Positions 19,011 to 30,584 are shown, numbered from the stretch's first letter. The stretch is DNA of 64,000 nucleotides from an uncultured delta proteobacterium (GCA_963766715.1 CAVYBH010000002.1:1-64000); one strand, 5' to 3'. Notes: generated from the letters alone by a model not told the origin. Translations and numbers: made by a program.

Positions 19011-19601
19011 ATGCCCGCTCCCTCCCTCCTCCTCTCCGCCTTCGGACCCGAGCTCGCCGGCCTCGACCGGGATCCGCCCCCGGGCTGGCTCGTGGCGACC
19101 ACCGGGATCGGCGCGATCGCCGCCGCGGTGGAGACCTCCCGCCTGCTTCGGGAGCTCGGTCCCGGCCGCGTGCTCTTCCTCGGGACCTGCGGCGCCTACG
19201 ACGACCGGCTGGCGGTGGGAGACCTCCTCTCCGCGGCGAGCGCGCTCGCCACCTCCGTGGAGGAGGCAAGCGGCCGCGCCTACCGGCCAGACGCCGAGCC
19301 CAGGCGCTGGTCCGCCACCTGGCGGCTGCCCCTCCCGGCTCACGACGTCGCCGTGCCTCCCGCCATCACGATCTCGTCCGAGGGAGCCCGGGCGCTGGCC
19401 CGGCTGGCCCCGGTCGAGCACCTGGAGCTGACGGGAGTCTTCGCCGCCTGCGCCGCCGCGTCGGTTCCCGTGGCGGCGGGGCTCGGCGTCGCCAACCGGG
19501 TCGGGCCCGACGCCCACGCGGAGTGGAAGCGGGAGCACGCCCGGGTCAGCGCGGCGCTGGTCGAGGCGATTCGCCGGACCGTCCTCTCCCCCGGGGGCTG
19601 A
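19011..19601 (+). CDS. Nucleoside phosphorylase/MTA-SAH nucleosidase superfamily protein (MqnB-like)
   Basis: TGIGAIAAA, LFLGTCGAY, EHLELTGV..AC, ANRVG..W. Confidence 0.65.
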   Translation: MPAPSLLLSAFGPELAGLDRDPPPGWLVATTGIGAIAAAVETSRLLRELGPGRVLFLGTCGAYDDRLAVGDLLSAASALATSVEEASGRAYRPDAEPRRWSATWRLPLPAHDVAVPPAITISSEGARALARLAPVEHLELTGVFAACAAASVPVAAGLGVANRVGPDAHAEWKREHARVSAALVEAIRRTVLSPGG

Positions 19602-19738
19602 CCGCGGCGCCAGGCGGCTCACCCGTCCGGTGGATGGCGCCGCGAACGCCGAGCATGACAGGACGGAGGCGTGGAATCCAGGACGCCTGCGCGTCGTCAC
19701 GGAGCGGTCGATCCCCTTCGGGCATACACTGGGGCACC

Positions 19739-20618
19739 ATGGAAGAAGACGTCCAGGTCCGCGTACGCCCCGGCAGCACGACCCCGGTCGAGGCGGTGCG
19801 CGTCGTCGCCGGCGCACCGACGCCCCACCCGGACGTGGTGGCCGTCGAGGAGCCGCTCGAGATCCGGGTCGACGGCGAGACCGTGGCCGTCACCATGCGG
19901 ACTCCCGGCGCAGACGCCGACCTGGCGCTCGGATTCCTCTTCGCCGAGGGGATGATCGCCGCCGCCGCCGACGTGGGCTCGGTGGCCCACTGCGGGCGGC
20001 CGGGCGAGGAGGGCTACGGGAACGTGATCGACGTGCACTCCGCCGGCGGGCACCGCATCGACCCGGAGCGGGTGCTGGAGGGGCGGCGGTGGAGCACCAC
20101 CACCTCCGCCTGCGGCGTCTGCGGGCGCCGCAGCATCGAGGGGCTCCTCGATCGCTGCGCCCCGGTGGCGGGCGGGCCGGCCATCCCGCCCGACGAGATC
20201 CTCCGGGCCATGGCGCGGCTCGGGGAGCTGCAGCCGGTCTTCGCCCGGACCGGCGGTCTCCACGCCGCGGCCGCCTTCGCGCGCGGGGGCGCCCTCCTGG
20301 CCGCGGCCGAGGACGTGGGACGGCACAACGCCGTCGACAAGGTGGTGGGGGCGCTGCTCCGCGCCGCCGCCGGGGGGCGCGCTGCCCGGGGGCGACGCGG
20401 CGCTCCTCGCGGTCAGCGGGCGGACCAGCTTCGAGATCGTGCAGAAGGCCGCCGCGGCCCGCGTCGCGGTGGTGTCGGGCGTCTCGGCCCCGAGCTCGCT
20501 CGCGGTCGAGCTGGCCCGGGCGGCCGGGATCGCGCTCTGCGGGTTCGCGCGGGGCGATCGACTGAACGTGTACACCCACGCCGAGCGGGTGGTGGGCGCC
20601 GCGACCCCGGCGCGGTGA
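19739..20618 (+). CDS. fdhD: Formate dehydrogenase sulfurtransferase FdhD, frameshift ~20375
   Basis: [54 protein letters not shown]. Confidence 0.9.
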
Positions 20619-20623
20619 CGGGC

Positions 20624-22878
20624 TCAGTACCCCAGCTGGAACCCCAGCGAAGGGGTGATCGACCAGAGCCCCGGCAGGCCCCAGGCCGGCGGATACCACT
20701 GCCCGAGGACCTGGACGCGCAGCACGCCGGTGACGGTGGCGGCGGCGCCCAGCTCGACCGCCGGGCGCGAGCACGCACCCAGGGTGACCCGATCCTGCCC
20801 CTGGCACGGCGACCCGCCGAAGTCGTCGTTCGGGCTGAGGACGTAGCCGCCCCGGAGCAGGAAGGAAGGCTGGAGCACCGGGGATCCGATGGACCGCGGG
20901 CACGGCGCTCAGCCCGGCGACCGGCGTGAAGGCGACCGGCTGCGAGTCCGACCCCAGCGAGCTGAGCAGGTTCAGGATCTCCAGGCCCGCGGTGGCCCGG
21001 AGCCAGGAGAGCTCGTCGAAGGCCCAGTCGCCGCCGATCTCGAGCGGCCGGCCCAGGGTCACCCAGGCCGATCGGGGAGGCGGCACGTAGTAGAAGAGGT
21101 CGACCGCCAGCTTCCCGGCTCCGCCCAGCGCCACCCGCTGGCCGAAGGTGGGCTGCGACCTCCGCCAGGTGGTCCACCACCGCCGCGAGCTGGCCCGCGA
21201 AGCGCGGCGAGGACCACGGGTGGGGGGGCGCCGCGGGGGACGTCCAGCTCCGTCCAGTCGTACCCGTAGGCGGCGAGCAGGCGCGTCATCTGGACCGCCT
21301 CCGACTCGTCGGTCGCCTGGTGCCAGTCGGGCGTGCCCTCCACGCCGGGTACGCGGGGAGGAGGCGCTCCCGCCTGGGCGCCCTTGCAGGAGCCGAAGCC
21401 CTGCGGCGCCGGCTCCCACCGGGAGCCCGGACGGCAGCGGTTCCAGAGCCGGTCGAGGGACACCTGGGCGAGGATCCGCTCGCTGCGCAGCCCCTCTCCG
21501 GCGCACCGGCGGGCCGCCTCGGCGTTCCCGTCGAAGACCGCCTGGAGGCACGAGAAGGAGGCCCAGGACGCACCCGCCGCGCGCGCCGGCGGCTGATCCT
21601 CGGGCCACTTGAACCGCGCCTGCGACCTCGGTCCGGAAGCGAGGGAGGACCGTTCCCGCGATGAATCGGCGCGCCTCGTACATGCCGAGGTCGAAGTCGT
21701 AGGATCGGAACCCCCGGTCGAAGAAGCCGAAGAAGGCGTACATGGGAGAGCTGGCGGCCGGGAAGTGCCGGCGAGGGTAGACGAGGTTCGCCGCGGTGTC
21801 CGGGTACTCCTGGAGGAGCAGGTAGAGCGCGTGGGACCGGGCGCTGCTCACGAAGCCGCCCATCTCCTTGACGAGCAGCGGGAGGAGCGCGGGATCGGAG
21901 GCGTCGCTGGAGGAGGCCAGCTGGTCCGGAAAGGCCGCCGCGTCCGCCGAGATGAACGCGAAGGAGATGTCGGGGGGAGGAGACCCCGGGTCGTGCAGGC
22001 GGGGCGCGTCCTTCCAGAGCACCGACGCCGTCCCGGGCGCGGGTCATGCCCGCCCGCGGCGAGCGTGGCCGCGAGCCGGAGCGGTGAGTTGTCGAAGACG
22101 CCGCCGTCGACGAAGAGGGCCGAGGTCGCCGCGCTCTCCGGGCAGTACGGCGGCGCCCTTGCCCTGCGTCGCGACGACGCAGTGCTTCACGGCGCGTGGA
22201 GGGAAGGCGCCCGGGAAGGAGGTGGAGGCGATGACCGCGTCGAGGAGGTTCGCGAAGGGGATGCTGCCGTCCGCGCCCTCGGGGAGCATGGCCTGCTCGC
22301 TCTCGTCCTCCGGGTCCACGTAGTTGGTGAGGAGCGGCATCCGTCCGGGGCCGCGCCCGCGGATCCGCACCGCGAAGCGCTCCTCGGTCACCGGGACCTC
22401 CAGCAGGCCGTTCGCGGCGGAGAGCAGGCGGGGGAGAGGCGGGAGGCGGCCACGCCGAGCACGACGTCGCAGCCCTCCGGAAGGCCGCGCGCGAGCTCCT
22501 GCTCCACCAGCGCCGCCGACGCGGGCGAAGCTGTCCTGGGAGAAGGCCGCCAGCGGGTCCTTGCTCTCCGGCTGGTAGAGCTGCTTCAGCCCCATCGGGA
22601 TCCAGACCCGGTAGAAGAGGCTCTGGCGCGGGTCGGGCGAGGCGGCCCCGCAGGACGCCTGCAGGCCCGAGCAGCGCGTTCACGCTGCCGGCCGAGGCGC
22701 CCGTGGCCACCCGGAGGCGCGGCAGCTCGGGGTTCGCCGCCTGGGCGGCCGTCGTGTAGTAGAGGTAGCCCGCCTCGTAGGCGCCCAGGGAGACCCCTCC
22801 ACTCACGGTGAGGGCGACGGCGGCCGGCGGGGGCGCCGGGGCGGCCGCGAGCAGCGCGGCGAGGAGGAAGGCGGACAT
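20624..22878 (-). CDS. Exported patatin-like phospholipase with C-terminal beta-strand-rich region, many frameshifts
   Basis: Signal peptide; SGGVSLGAYEAG, TGASAG, ASTSFPGAF, DGGVFDNSP; ends GFQLGY. Confidence 0.75.
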
Positions 22879-23846
22879 CAGACTCTCCTCTTCCGGGGCG
22901 CGGGGACGCCCTCCGCGCCGGCCATCTCCTCGGCGCGGGCCATGACCGGGGCCGCGCGGGCCGCCAGCAGGTCGATGAAGGCGCGGGTGCGGGGGAAGAG
23001 GCTGCTGCGACCCGGGAAGACCGCCCGGACCTCCATGACCGGACCGGTCCACTCGGGGAGGACGGGCACGAGCGCGCCCGAGCGGACGGCATCCTCCGTC
23101 AGGAACCTCGTGCTCCCGACGATTCCCACCCCGGCCAGGGCGGCCGCGTGCAGCGGCGCGTAGTCGTTGCTGACGAGCGCAGGGGAGAGCGAGATCGTGT
23201 CGGTGCGACGGCCGTTGGAGAGCGGCCAGGACAGCCGCGCCGGGCCGCCTCCCCCGGCGTAGACCAGGGTGGGATGGTCGGAGAGGTCGTACGGGGTCTT
23301 CGGGCGTCCCCGGCGCTCCAGGTAGGCGGGACTGGCGTAGAGGCGGGGCACCATCGTGCCGATGAGCCGCGTGGCGTGGCGCGTGGGGGGAAGCGGCCAC
23401 GGGGTGATCGCCACCTCGGCGCCCCGGCCGACCAGGTCCTCCGGCTCGTTCTTCAAGGTCAGGGCGAGACGCACCTCCGGGTACTGGCGGAGGAAGTCCG
23501 GGATGAAGGGGAGCAGGAGCGTGCGCGCGAGCGTGAACGGGGCGCTCACCCGCAGCGTCCCGCGCGGCCCCGAGCCCAGGCGGCGGACCGCCGCCTCGGC
23601 GTCGGAGATCTCCTCCTCGATGCGCAGGCAGCGCTCCAGGAAGGCGCGGCCGGCATCGGTCAGGCTCACCTTGCGCGTGGAGCGCTGGAGGAGCCGGACC
23701 CCGAGGCGATGCTCCAGGGCCCGGATCTTCCGGCTCACCGTGGCCTTGGGGAGCCCGAGGTCGGTGCCGCCCGCGGTGAAGCTCTTGCGGGTGCCCACCG
23801 CGGCGAAGATGCGCATGTCGTTCAGGTCGGGGGTGGTGTCACGCAT
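22878..23846 (-). CDS. LysR family regulator (CrgA/DmlR-like)
   Basis: HTH SFTAGGTDLG..TVSRKIRALEHRLGVRLLQRSTRKVSLT; PRGTLRVSAP; YASPAYL. Confidence 0.9.
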   Translation of the reverse strand: MRDTTPDLNDMRIFAAVGTRKSFTAGGTDLGLPKATVSRKIRALEHRLGVRLLQRSTRKVSLTDAGRAFLERCLRIEEEISDAEAAVRRLGSGPRGTLRVSAPFTLARTLLLPFIPDFLRQYPEVRLALTLKNEPEDLVGRGAEVAITPWPLPPTRHATRLIGTMVPRLYASPAYLERRGRPKTPYDLSDHPTLVYAGGGGPARLSWPLSNGRRTDTISLSPALVSNDYAPLHAAALAGVGIVGSTRFLTEDAVRSGALVPVLPEWTGPVMEVRAVFPGRSSLFPRTRAFIDLLAARAAPVMARAEEMAGAEGVPAPRKRRV

Positions 23847-23893
23847 GGCGCGCATGATGCCAGGGGAGGGGTGGCTGCGGTAGGTTCGTATCC

Positions 23894-24562
23894 ATGCGCG
23901 TCTCCGCCCTCCTCGCGGCCGCTGCCGCGGCCCTTGCCCGTGCGCCGGCCCGGGCGGCCGTCGAGTCGCCCGCCGCGTGCCACTGCTTCACCAACCGGAC
24001 GTTCGACCCCTCCCGGCCCGCCGCCGCGGATCCCTACGTCCTCGCCACCACCCGAAGCTCCCTGCTCTCCGCGGCCTACGCGGTCGGGAAGGGCGCGCTC
24101 GTGCAGGAGGTGATGGCCGGCACGGACCCCGACGACCTCTGGGTGGCCTACTGGGCGGGCGCGCGGACCGGGCTCGGGCCCGAGACCCTGCTGGAGTCGA
24201 AGCGGCGCCTGGGGCGATGGAAGCCGGTCTTCGACGAGCTGGGCACGGCGAAGGTGGCCGGCCCGTTCCAGAAGGCGGTCGCCCGGGACGCCCCGGTGGC
24301 CGAGCTGGCCGCGGTGGCCGTCGACGACGTGCTCGTGAACCGCCTCGGGGCCGCTCCCGCGGAGGTCGCCGCGCTCCGGAAGGCCGGGGCGACGAACGCC
24401 GAGGCCGTCCTCGCCACGCTCCTCGCTCCGCGGCTGAAGGTCCCGTCGACGAGCGTCCTGGCCCGGTTCCAGGGCGGCCAGGTGTCCTGGGGCATGCTCC
24501 TCGACCAGGCCGGGGTGAAGCCGAAGGAGATCGACGCGCTGGTGCGCCAGAGCATCCGGTAG
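23894..24562 (+). CDS. Exported hypothetical protein
   Basis: Signal peptide followed by CHCF; host-like codon usage; divergent from the LysR gene. Confidence 0.65.
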   Translation: MRVSALLAAAAAALARAPARAAVESPAACHCFTNRTFDPSRPAAADPYVLATTRSSLLSAAYAVGKGALVQEVMAGTDPDDLWVAYWAGARTGLGPETLLESKRRLGRWKPVFDELGTAKVAGPFQKAVARDAPVAELAAVAVDDVLVNRLGAAPAEVAALRKAGATNAEAVLATLLAPRLKVPSTSVLARFQGGQVSWGMLLDQAGVKPKEIDALVRQSIR

Positions 24563-24591
24563 GAGGCCGCCAGGCCGCCCGCCGCCTGTCG

Positions 24592-25751
24592 TCAGAGCCG
24601 TGCCAGCCGCTCGCAGGCGCGCGACAGCGTCTCGTCCGACTTGGCGAAGCAGAAGCGCAGCACGCGGTCCTGCCGCCCGTCGCCGTGGAAGGCCGACACC
24701 GGGATGGACGCCACGCCAATCTCCCGGGTGAGCCGTTCGGCGAGCACCGTGTCCGGCTCCTCGCTGACCCGCGCGTAGCTCGCCAGCTGGAAGTAGGTGC
24801 CCGCGCAAGGGAGCGGGTCGAGCCGGGAGGCCGCCAGGCCGGCGCGGAAGAGATCGCGCTTGCGCTGGTAGAACGCGGGGAGGGTGAGCCAGCGGGACGG
24901 AGTCGGCCATGTAGTCGGCGAGCGCCAGCTGCACCGGCGTGTTCACCGTGAAGACCACGAACTGGTGCACCTTGCGGAACTCGGCCATCAGCTCCCGGGG
25001 CGCGAGCGCCCATCCCACCTTCCAGCCGGTGACGTGGAAGGTCTTCCCGAAGGAGCCGATCACGAAGGAGCGGGAGGCGAGCTCCGGGTGGCCCGACACG
25101 CTCTCGTGGCGGGCGCCGTCGAAGACGATGTGCTCGTACACCTCGTCGGAGAGCACGACGATGCCGGTCCCGCGCACCAGGCCGGCCAGGGCGTCGAGGT
25201 CGGTTCGCCCGAGGATCGAGCCGGTGGGATTGTGCGGGCTGTTGAGGAGGATCATCCGGGTGCGGGGCGAGAGGCGCGCGCCGATCGACCTTCCAGTCCG
25301 GCCGGTAATGGGGCGGGGAGAGCGGGATCCGGACGGCCGTGCCGCCGGCCAGCTCGATCGCCGGGACGTAGGAGTCGTAGACCGGCTCGAGGACCACCAC
25401 CTCGTCGCCGGGGCGCACGAGCGCGGTCACCGCGGTGAAGATGGCCTGCGTCCCGCCGGCGGTGACGGTGACCTCCTGCTCCGGGTCGTAGCGCGTCCCG
25501 TACAGCGCCTCCGACTTGGCCACGATGGCCTCCCGGAGGGAGGGAACGCCCGCCATGGGCGCGTACTGGTTCGAGCCCGCCCGCATGTGGCGGGAGACGA
25601 GATCGAAGAGCTCCGGGGAGGCGGAGAAGTCGGGGAAGCCCTGGGACAGGTTGATGGCGCCGCACTCGGCGGCGAGCCGCGACATCACGGTGAAGATCGT
25701 GGTGCCGACACCGGGGAGCCGGGACGTCACCGGGAAGGGCAGGCGAGGCAT
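24592..25751 (-). CDS. ybdL: PLP-dependent class I aminotransferase (YbdL methionine aminotransferase-like), 2 frameshifts
   Basis: GTTIFTVMS, INLSQGFPDF, NQYAPM, NSPHNPTG, SDEVYEHI, SFGKTFHVTGWKVG, LRFCFAK. Confidence 0.85.
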
Positions 25752-25772
25752 CCTTCCCAGTCTAGTCGAGTG

Positions 25773-27011
25773 CTAGCTCCCGATCCTCTCCAGGCGGCGC
25801 AGGCGGGGCGCCCTCCAGGCGACGAGGGCCACGGTGACGAGCGTCATCGTGCCGCCGAAGACCACCGACGGGACGGTGCCGAGGAGCTTGGCGGCCAGGC
25901 CGCTCTCGAACGCGCCCAGCTCGTTGGAGGACCCGATGAAGAGGCTGTTCACCGCGGAGACGCGCCCCATCATCTCCTGCGGGGTGAAGGTCTGGACGAG
26001 CGTGCTCCGCAGCACCACCGAGACCGCGTCGAGCGCCCCGCCCGCCACCAGGAGGCCGATGGAGAGCGCGTAGCTCCGGGAGAGCGCGAAGGCGATCCAG
26101 GTCACGCCGAAGAGGGCGACGCAGGCGAGCATCGCGCGCCCGGCGCGCCGGAACTGGCCCAGGCGGGTGAGCAGGAGCGAGGTGGCCACCGAGCCGACCG
26201 CGGGCGCGGCCCGCAGCAGGCCGAACCCGACCTCGCCCACGTGGAGCACGTCGCGGGCGAAGACCGGCAGGAGGGCCGTGGCGCCGCCGAAGAGCACGGC
26301 GAAGAGGTCGAGGCTGAGCGGGGCCAGCAGGAGCGGCTCGCGGAAGACGAAGCGGACGCCGTCGGCGATCTCGGCGACGGGGTGGCGGCGGACCGACGGC
26401 GGGCGCGGGCGCGGGGCGACGGCGAGGAGCGCGGCGAGCCCCACGCCGAGGAGCCCCATCTCCACGGCGTAGGCGAGGCGTGGACCGCCGAGCGCGATGA
26501 GCGCGCCGCCCGCGGCGGGTCCGAGGATCATCGCGCTGTGGAAGATCGACGACCGCCAGGTCGCGGCGTTCTGGTACTGGTCGCGCGGCACGAGCTCGGT
26601 GCCGAGCGACGCCGAGGCCGGCCGGAAGAAGGCCCGCCCCAGCCCGGCCAGCGCCTGCGCGCCGTAGAGGGGAAGCGGCGACCGCACCGATCCGAGGCTC
26701 ACGGTGAGGAGCCAGGCGCCGCTGCCGGCGATGGCGAGCAGGCTCAGGAGCGCGAGCCAGCGGCGGTCCACCCGGTCGGCCGCCCAGCCGCCCACCAGCG
26801 TGAGGGAGAGGAAGGGCACCGCCTCCGACAGGCCGACCAGGCCGAGCGACAGCGGATCCCCCGTGAGGTCGTAGACCTGCCAGCCCAGGACGGCGGTCTG
26901 GATCTGCGTGGCGCCGAACACCGCGGCCATGGCCCCCAGGAAGGCCCGGTACTCGGGGAAGCGGAGCGAGGAGTAGGGGTCGGAGGCCAAGGGGCGACGG
27001 CCTACATACAC
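25773..27011 (-). CDS. MFS transporter (EntS-like)
   Basis: About 12 hydrophobic helices; GGWAADRVDRR; LDLFAVLFGGA; SNELGAFESG. Confidence 0.9.
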   Translation of the reverse strand: MYVGRRPLASDPYSSLRFPEYRAFLGAMAAVFGATQIQTAVLGWQVYDLTGDPLSLGLVGLSEAVPFLSLTLVGGWAADRVDRRWLALLSLLAIAGSGAWLLTVSLGSVRSPLPLYGAQALAGLGRAFFRPASASLGTELVPRDQYQNAATWRSSIFHSAMILGPAAGGALIALGGPRLAYAVEMGLLGVGLAALLAVAPRPRPPSVRRHPVAEIADGVRFVFREPLLLAPLSLDLFAVLFGGATALLPVFARDVLHVGEVGFGLLRAAPAVGSVATSLLLTRLGQFRRAGRAMLACVALFGVTWIAFALSRSYALSIGLLVAGGALDAVSVVLRSTLVQTFTPQEMMGRVSAVNSLFIGSSNELGAFESGLAAKLLGTVPSVVFGGTMTLVTVALVAWRAPRLRRLERIGS

Positions 27012-27111
27012 GGGCTCAGTCCCCGTGGCTCGCGCGCCGGGCCGTGGTTATGCAGCCGCACCTCGGGGGGCCGATCCCGGACCACTCCCCCGAAGGAAAG
27101 AGGATGAACAC

Positions 27112-27900
27112 GTGCACGCACTCCGTTTCGCCGTCGCCGCGGCGCTGGGGCTCCTCGTGACCAGCGCCCGCGCCGAGATCGTGACCAGGACCGTGGAGTA
27201 CAAGCAGGGCGACACCGTCCTCGAGGGGTTCCTCGCCTACGACACCGCCGGACCCGCGAGGAAGCCGGGCGTGCTCGTCGTCCACGACTGGCTGGGCGTG
27301 TCCGCGGACACGAAGCGGCGCGCCGAGATGCTCGCCAAGCTGGGCTACGTCGCCTTCGCCGCCGACATCTACGGCAAGGGCGTTCGGCCGGCCAACGGCA
27401 AGGAGGCCGGCGCGCTCGCGGGCCAGTACAAGAGCGGCGACCGGGCGCTCCTGCGCGCCCGGGTCACGGCGGGATTCAAGGAGCTCGCCAGCCTCCCCAA
27501 CGTCGATCCGAACCGCATCGCCGCCATCGGCTACTGCTTCGGAGGGACGACCGCCCTCGAGCTCGCGCGGACCGGGGCGAACGTGGTCGGGGTGGTCGCC
27601 TTCCACGGCGGTCTCGACTTCCCCGCTCCGGGGGACGCGAAGAACATCAAGGGCAAGACCCTCATCCTCCACGGCGCGGACGATCCCTTCGTGCCGGAGG
27701 CCCAGGTGAAGGCCTTCGAGGACCAGATGCGCGCCGCCGGCGTCGACTGGACGCTCGTGAAGTACTCGGGCGCCGTCCACGCCTTCACCATCGTCGGCGC
27801 GGGCAACGACAACTCGAAGGGTGCGGCCTACAACGCCACCGCCGACCGGCGCAGCTGGAAGGCGATGGAAGACTTCTTCGCGGAGATCTTCGCGAACTAG
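27112..27900 (+). CDS. Exported dienelactone hydrolase family protein
   Basis: Signal peptide; HDWLG, GYCFGG, HGADDP, GAVHAFT. Confidence 0.9.
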   Translation: MHALRFAVAAALGLLVTSARAEIVTRTVEYKQGDTVLEGFLAYDTAGPARKPGVLVVHDWLGVSADTKRRAEMLAKLGYVAFAADIYGKGVRPANGKEAGALAGQYKSGDRALLRARVTAGFKELASLPNVDPNRIAAIGYCFGGTTALELARTGANVVGVVAFHGGLDFPAPGDAKNIKGKTLILHGADDPFVPEAQVKAFEDQMRAAGVDWTLVKYSGAVHAFTIVGAGNDNSKGAAYNATADRRSWKAMEDFFAEIFAN

Positions 27901-28387
27901 GCCGGAGGACGCCGCGGGGCCTCCCGCCGGCGCGTCCGGAGGAAGAGGGCTCCGGCGACGACCGCCGCTGCGAGGGCGCCCGCCCACGGGAGGGCGCCCT
28001 TCCAGGCGGGAGTCCGGTTCTCCCTGGCCCGCCGGGCCAGCCACTCGGACAGCGCCCTGCGCTCGGCGTCGTCGCCGGGGAAGGGCTGGTCCATCCGGCG
28101 GTTGATGCGCCAGAGCTGGCCGACGTTCTGGTACGCCTGCTCGGCGTCCCCCCACACCTCGGGGCGGAGGCGCGGGCCAAGGGGGTCTGGCACCTGGCCT
28201 CCGGGGGAGCCGTGGCAGGAGAGGCAGAACCGGCGCATCACCCGCTCGCCGCGCTCGTACACCTCGGGCGCGGCGGACGCCTCGGAGGCCCGCGCCGGGG
28301 CGGGAGCGGCGCCCGGGGCAGGCAGCGAGCGCAGCGCCCAGGGCAGCCGGAAGCCAGCGGCGGAAAGGGGAGCGCACGGGCGAACAT
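27897..28387 (-). CDS. Monoheme cytochrome c with C-terminal membrane anchor, 5' frameshift(s)
   Basis: CLSCH motif, candidate Met ligand (RRMDQ), C-terminal TM helix followed by a basic tail. Confidence 0.65.
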
Positions 28388-28747
28388 CCTAGCCGGCCGT
28401 GGCCCGGCGCCCGTTCGCGGCCGGTGGGACCCCGTTCGCGGCCCTGGAGGCACGCGCGGTCCGGCGGCTGGGACGCCTACACCTCCTGGAGCCGGTCCGG
28501 CAGCCACGACACGCTCCTCACGCGGAACGGGAACGCGCGGTACGTGAGCTTCTCGACGGCGCCGGTCGGCTACCAGGTCGCCATCGACTGTGGGTCGAGC
28601 GGCCGGGTGGACGGCGTGGAGCTGCCGCCGCCCAGCACCGCCACCTGTCTCGGCCTTCGCTGACCCGGCCCGATTCCCGCAGGCGAATCTCCCGGACGTC
28701 GGTTAGGATACGGCCCGCCGGAGCCCCGGCCCGATCCTCCGAGAGAC

Positions 28748-29489
28748 GTGAGACGAATCGCCCTCATCCCGGCGCGCCTGGGCGCCACCCGCTTCCCGCG
28801 CAAGCTGCTGGCGGAGCTGTCGCGGCAAGACCGTCATCCGCCGCACCTTCGAGGCGGTGCGGGACACCGGCCTCTTCGACGCCGTCCTGGTGGTCACCGA
28901 CTCCGACGAGATCCGCGCCGAGGTGGACGCGCGGGCGGGGAGGCCCGCATGTCGGTCCGGCCGCACGAGAGCGGGACCGATCGCATCGCCGAGGTCGTGG
29001 AGGGTCTCCTGGCCGACCTGGTGCTCAACGTCCAGGGCGACGAGCCATTCACGCGCCGTGAACCCCTGGAGAAGCTGCTGCAGGCCTTCGACGGCCCCGG
29101 CGGCGCCGAGGTGGGCGTGGCCTCCCTGATGCAGGAGCTGCACGACCCGGCGCTGGTGCGCGACCCGAACTACGTGAAGGTGGCCGTCGACGCCGCCTGG
29201 AACGCGCTCTTCTTCTCGCGGTCCCCCATCCCGTTCGTGCGGGATCCCGCCGCGGCGCCCACGTTCTGGGAGCACATCGGCGTCTACGCCTTCCGGCGGG
29301 ACGCGCTGCTGCGCTTCGCGCGCCTTCCGGCCGGGCCGCTGGAGAGGGCCGAGAAGGTGGAATGCCTGCGCTTCCTGGAGCACGGCATCCGGATGCGGAT
29401 GGTGCCCACCGACGTACATGGGCGTGGAGATCGACACCCCCGACGACCTGCGGCGGGCGGAACGGCTGCTGGCAGGGAAGGGGAACTGA
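28748..29489 (+). CDS. kdsB: CMP-Kdo (or CMP-Kdo8N) synthetase, frameshifted
   Basis: IPARLGATRFPRK, SGTDRIAE, NVQGDEP, FSRSPIP, HIGVYAFR, IDTPDDL. Confidence 0.9.
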
Positions 29490-30576
29490 TGGAGCGAATC
29501 GTGCACAAGAACCTGAAGCAGGTCGGAGCGATGACCTTCGGCCGGGGCGCGCTCGGCCAGCTCGACGCCATCCTGGCCGACAACCGGCAGGGCGCCGCGC
29601 CCATGGTCTTCCTCGTCGACCACGTCTTCCACGACCGCCCGGACTTCGTGGCCCGGATCCCGGTCCGCGGGCGCGACCGGATCTACTTCGTCGACGTGAC
29701 GAACGAGCCGAAGACCGGCGACGTCGACTCCCTGCGCGACCGGATCCGCGCCGAGCTCGGCAAGGTGTCGGGGCTCGTCGGGATCGGCGGCGGGTCCACC
29801 ATGGACCTCGCCAAGGCCGTGGCCCTCATGCTGACCAACCCGGGTTCGTCCCAGGACTACCAGGGCTGGGACCTGGTCCAGGTGCCCGGCGTCTACAAGG
29901 CCGGGGTGCCCACGCTCTCCGGCACCGGCGCGGAGGTGTCGCGCACCGCCGTGCTCATCGGCCCCACGAAGAAGCTCGGGCTCAACTCCGACTACACGCC
30001 CTTCGACCAGGTGGTGCTCGACCCCGACCTCATCGCGGGCGTCCCGGAGCGGCAGCGCTTCTTCACCGGCATGGACTGCTACATCCACAACGTCGAGTCG
30101 CTGCAGGGTCGGGCCATGAACACCTTCGCCCGCGTGCACGCCGAGAAGTCGCTCGACCTCTGCCGCGAGGTCTTCCTCGCAGAAGGATCGCTGGGACGGC
30201 GACTCGGACGAGAAGCTCATGATGGCCTCCTGGCTGGGCGGGATGTCGATCGCCTACTCGCAGGTGGGCGCTGCCCACGCGATGAGCTACGGGCTCGGCT
30301 ACGTCCTCGGGACCCACCACGGCGAGGGCAACGCCATCGCGATGCAGGTGCTCGAGGAGTTCTATCCGGACGGCGTCCGGGACTTCCGGCGCATGGTCGA
30401 CAAGGCCGGGGTGGAGATCCCGCAGGGCGTGGTCGCCGGCCTCCCGGCCGCCAAGATCGACAAGATGATCGAGGTCTCCCTGGGGCATGGCCCCGCTCTG
30501 GCAGAACGTCCTCGGCGACGACTGGAAGCGGCAGATGACCCCGGAGCGGTTGCGGGCCCTCTACCAGCGGCTCTAG
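29489..30576 (+). CDS. kdnB: Kdo 8-oxidase/dehydrogenase KdnB (Fe-ADH family), frameshifts ~30195/~30485
   Basis: FGRG, GGGSTMDLAKAVALMLTNPG, YQGWDL, PTLSGTGAEVSRTAVL, KLGLNSDYT, TGMDCYIH, GGMSIAYSQVG, HHG; closely matches my recollection of Shewanella KdnB. Confidence 0.8.
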
Positions 30577-30584
30577 GAGGCGAC

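Noticed and set aside
28748..30538. KdsB-KdnB fusion ORF (and similarly the YceI-propeller ORF at 32453-34240)
   Set aside because: Frameshifts bypass the real stops (29487-29489 and 33051-33053); the downstream genes have their own starts.
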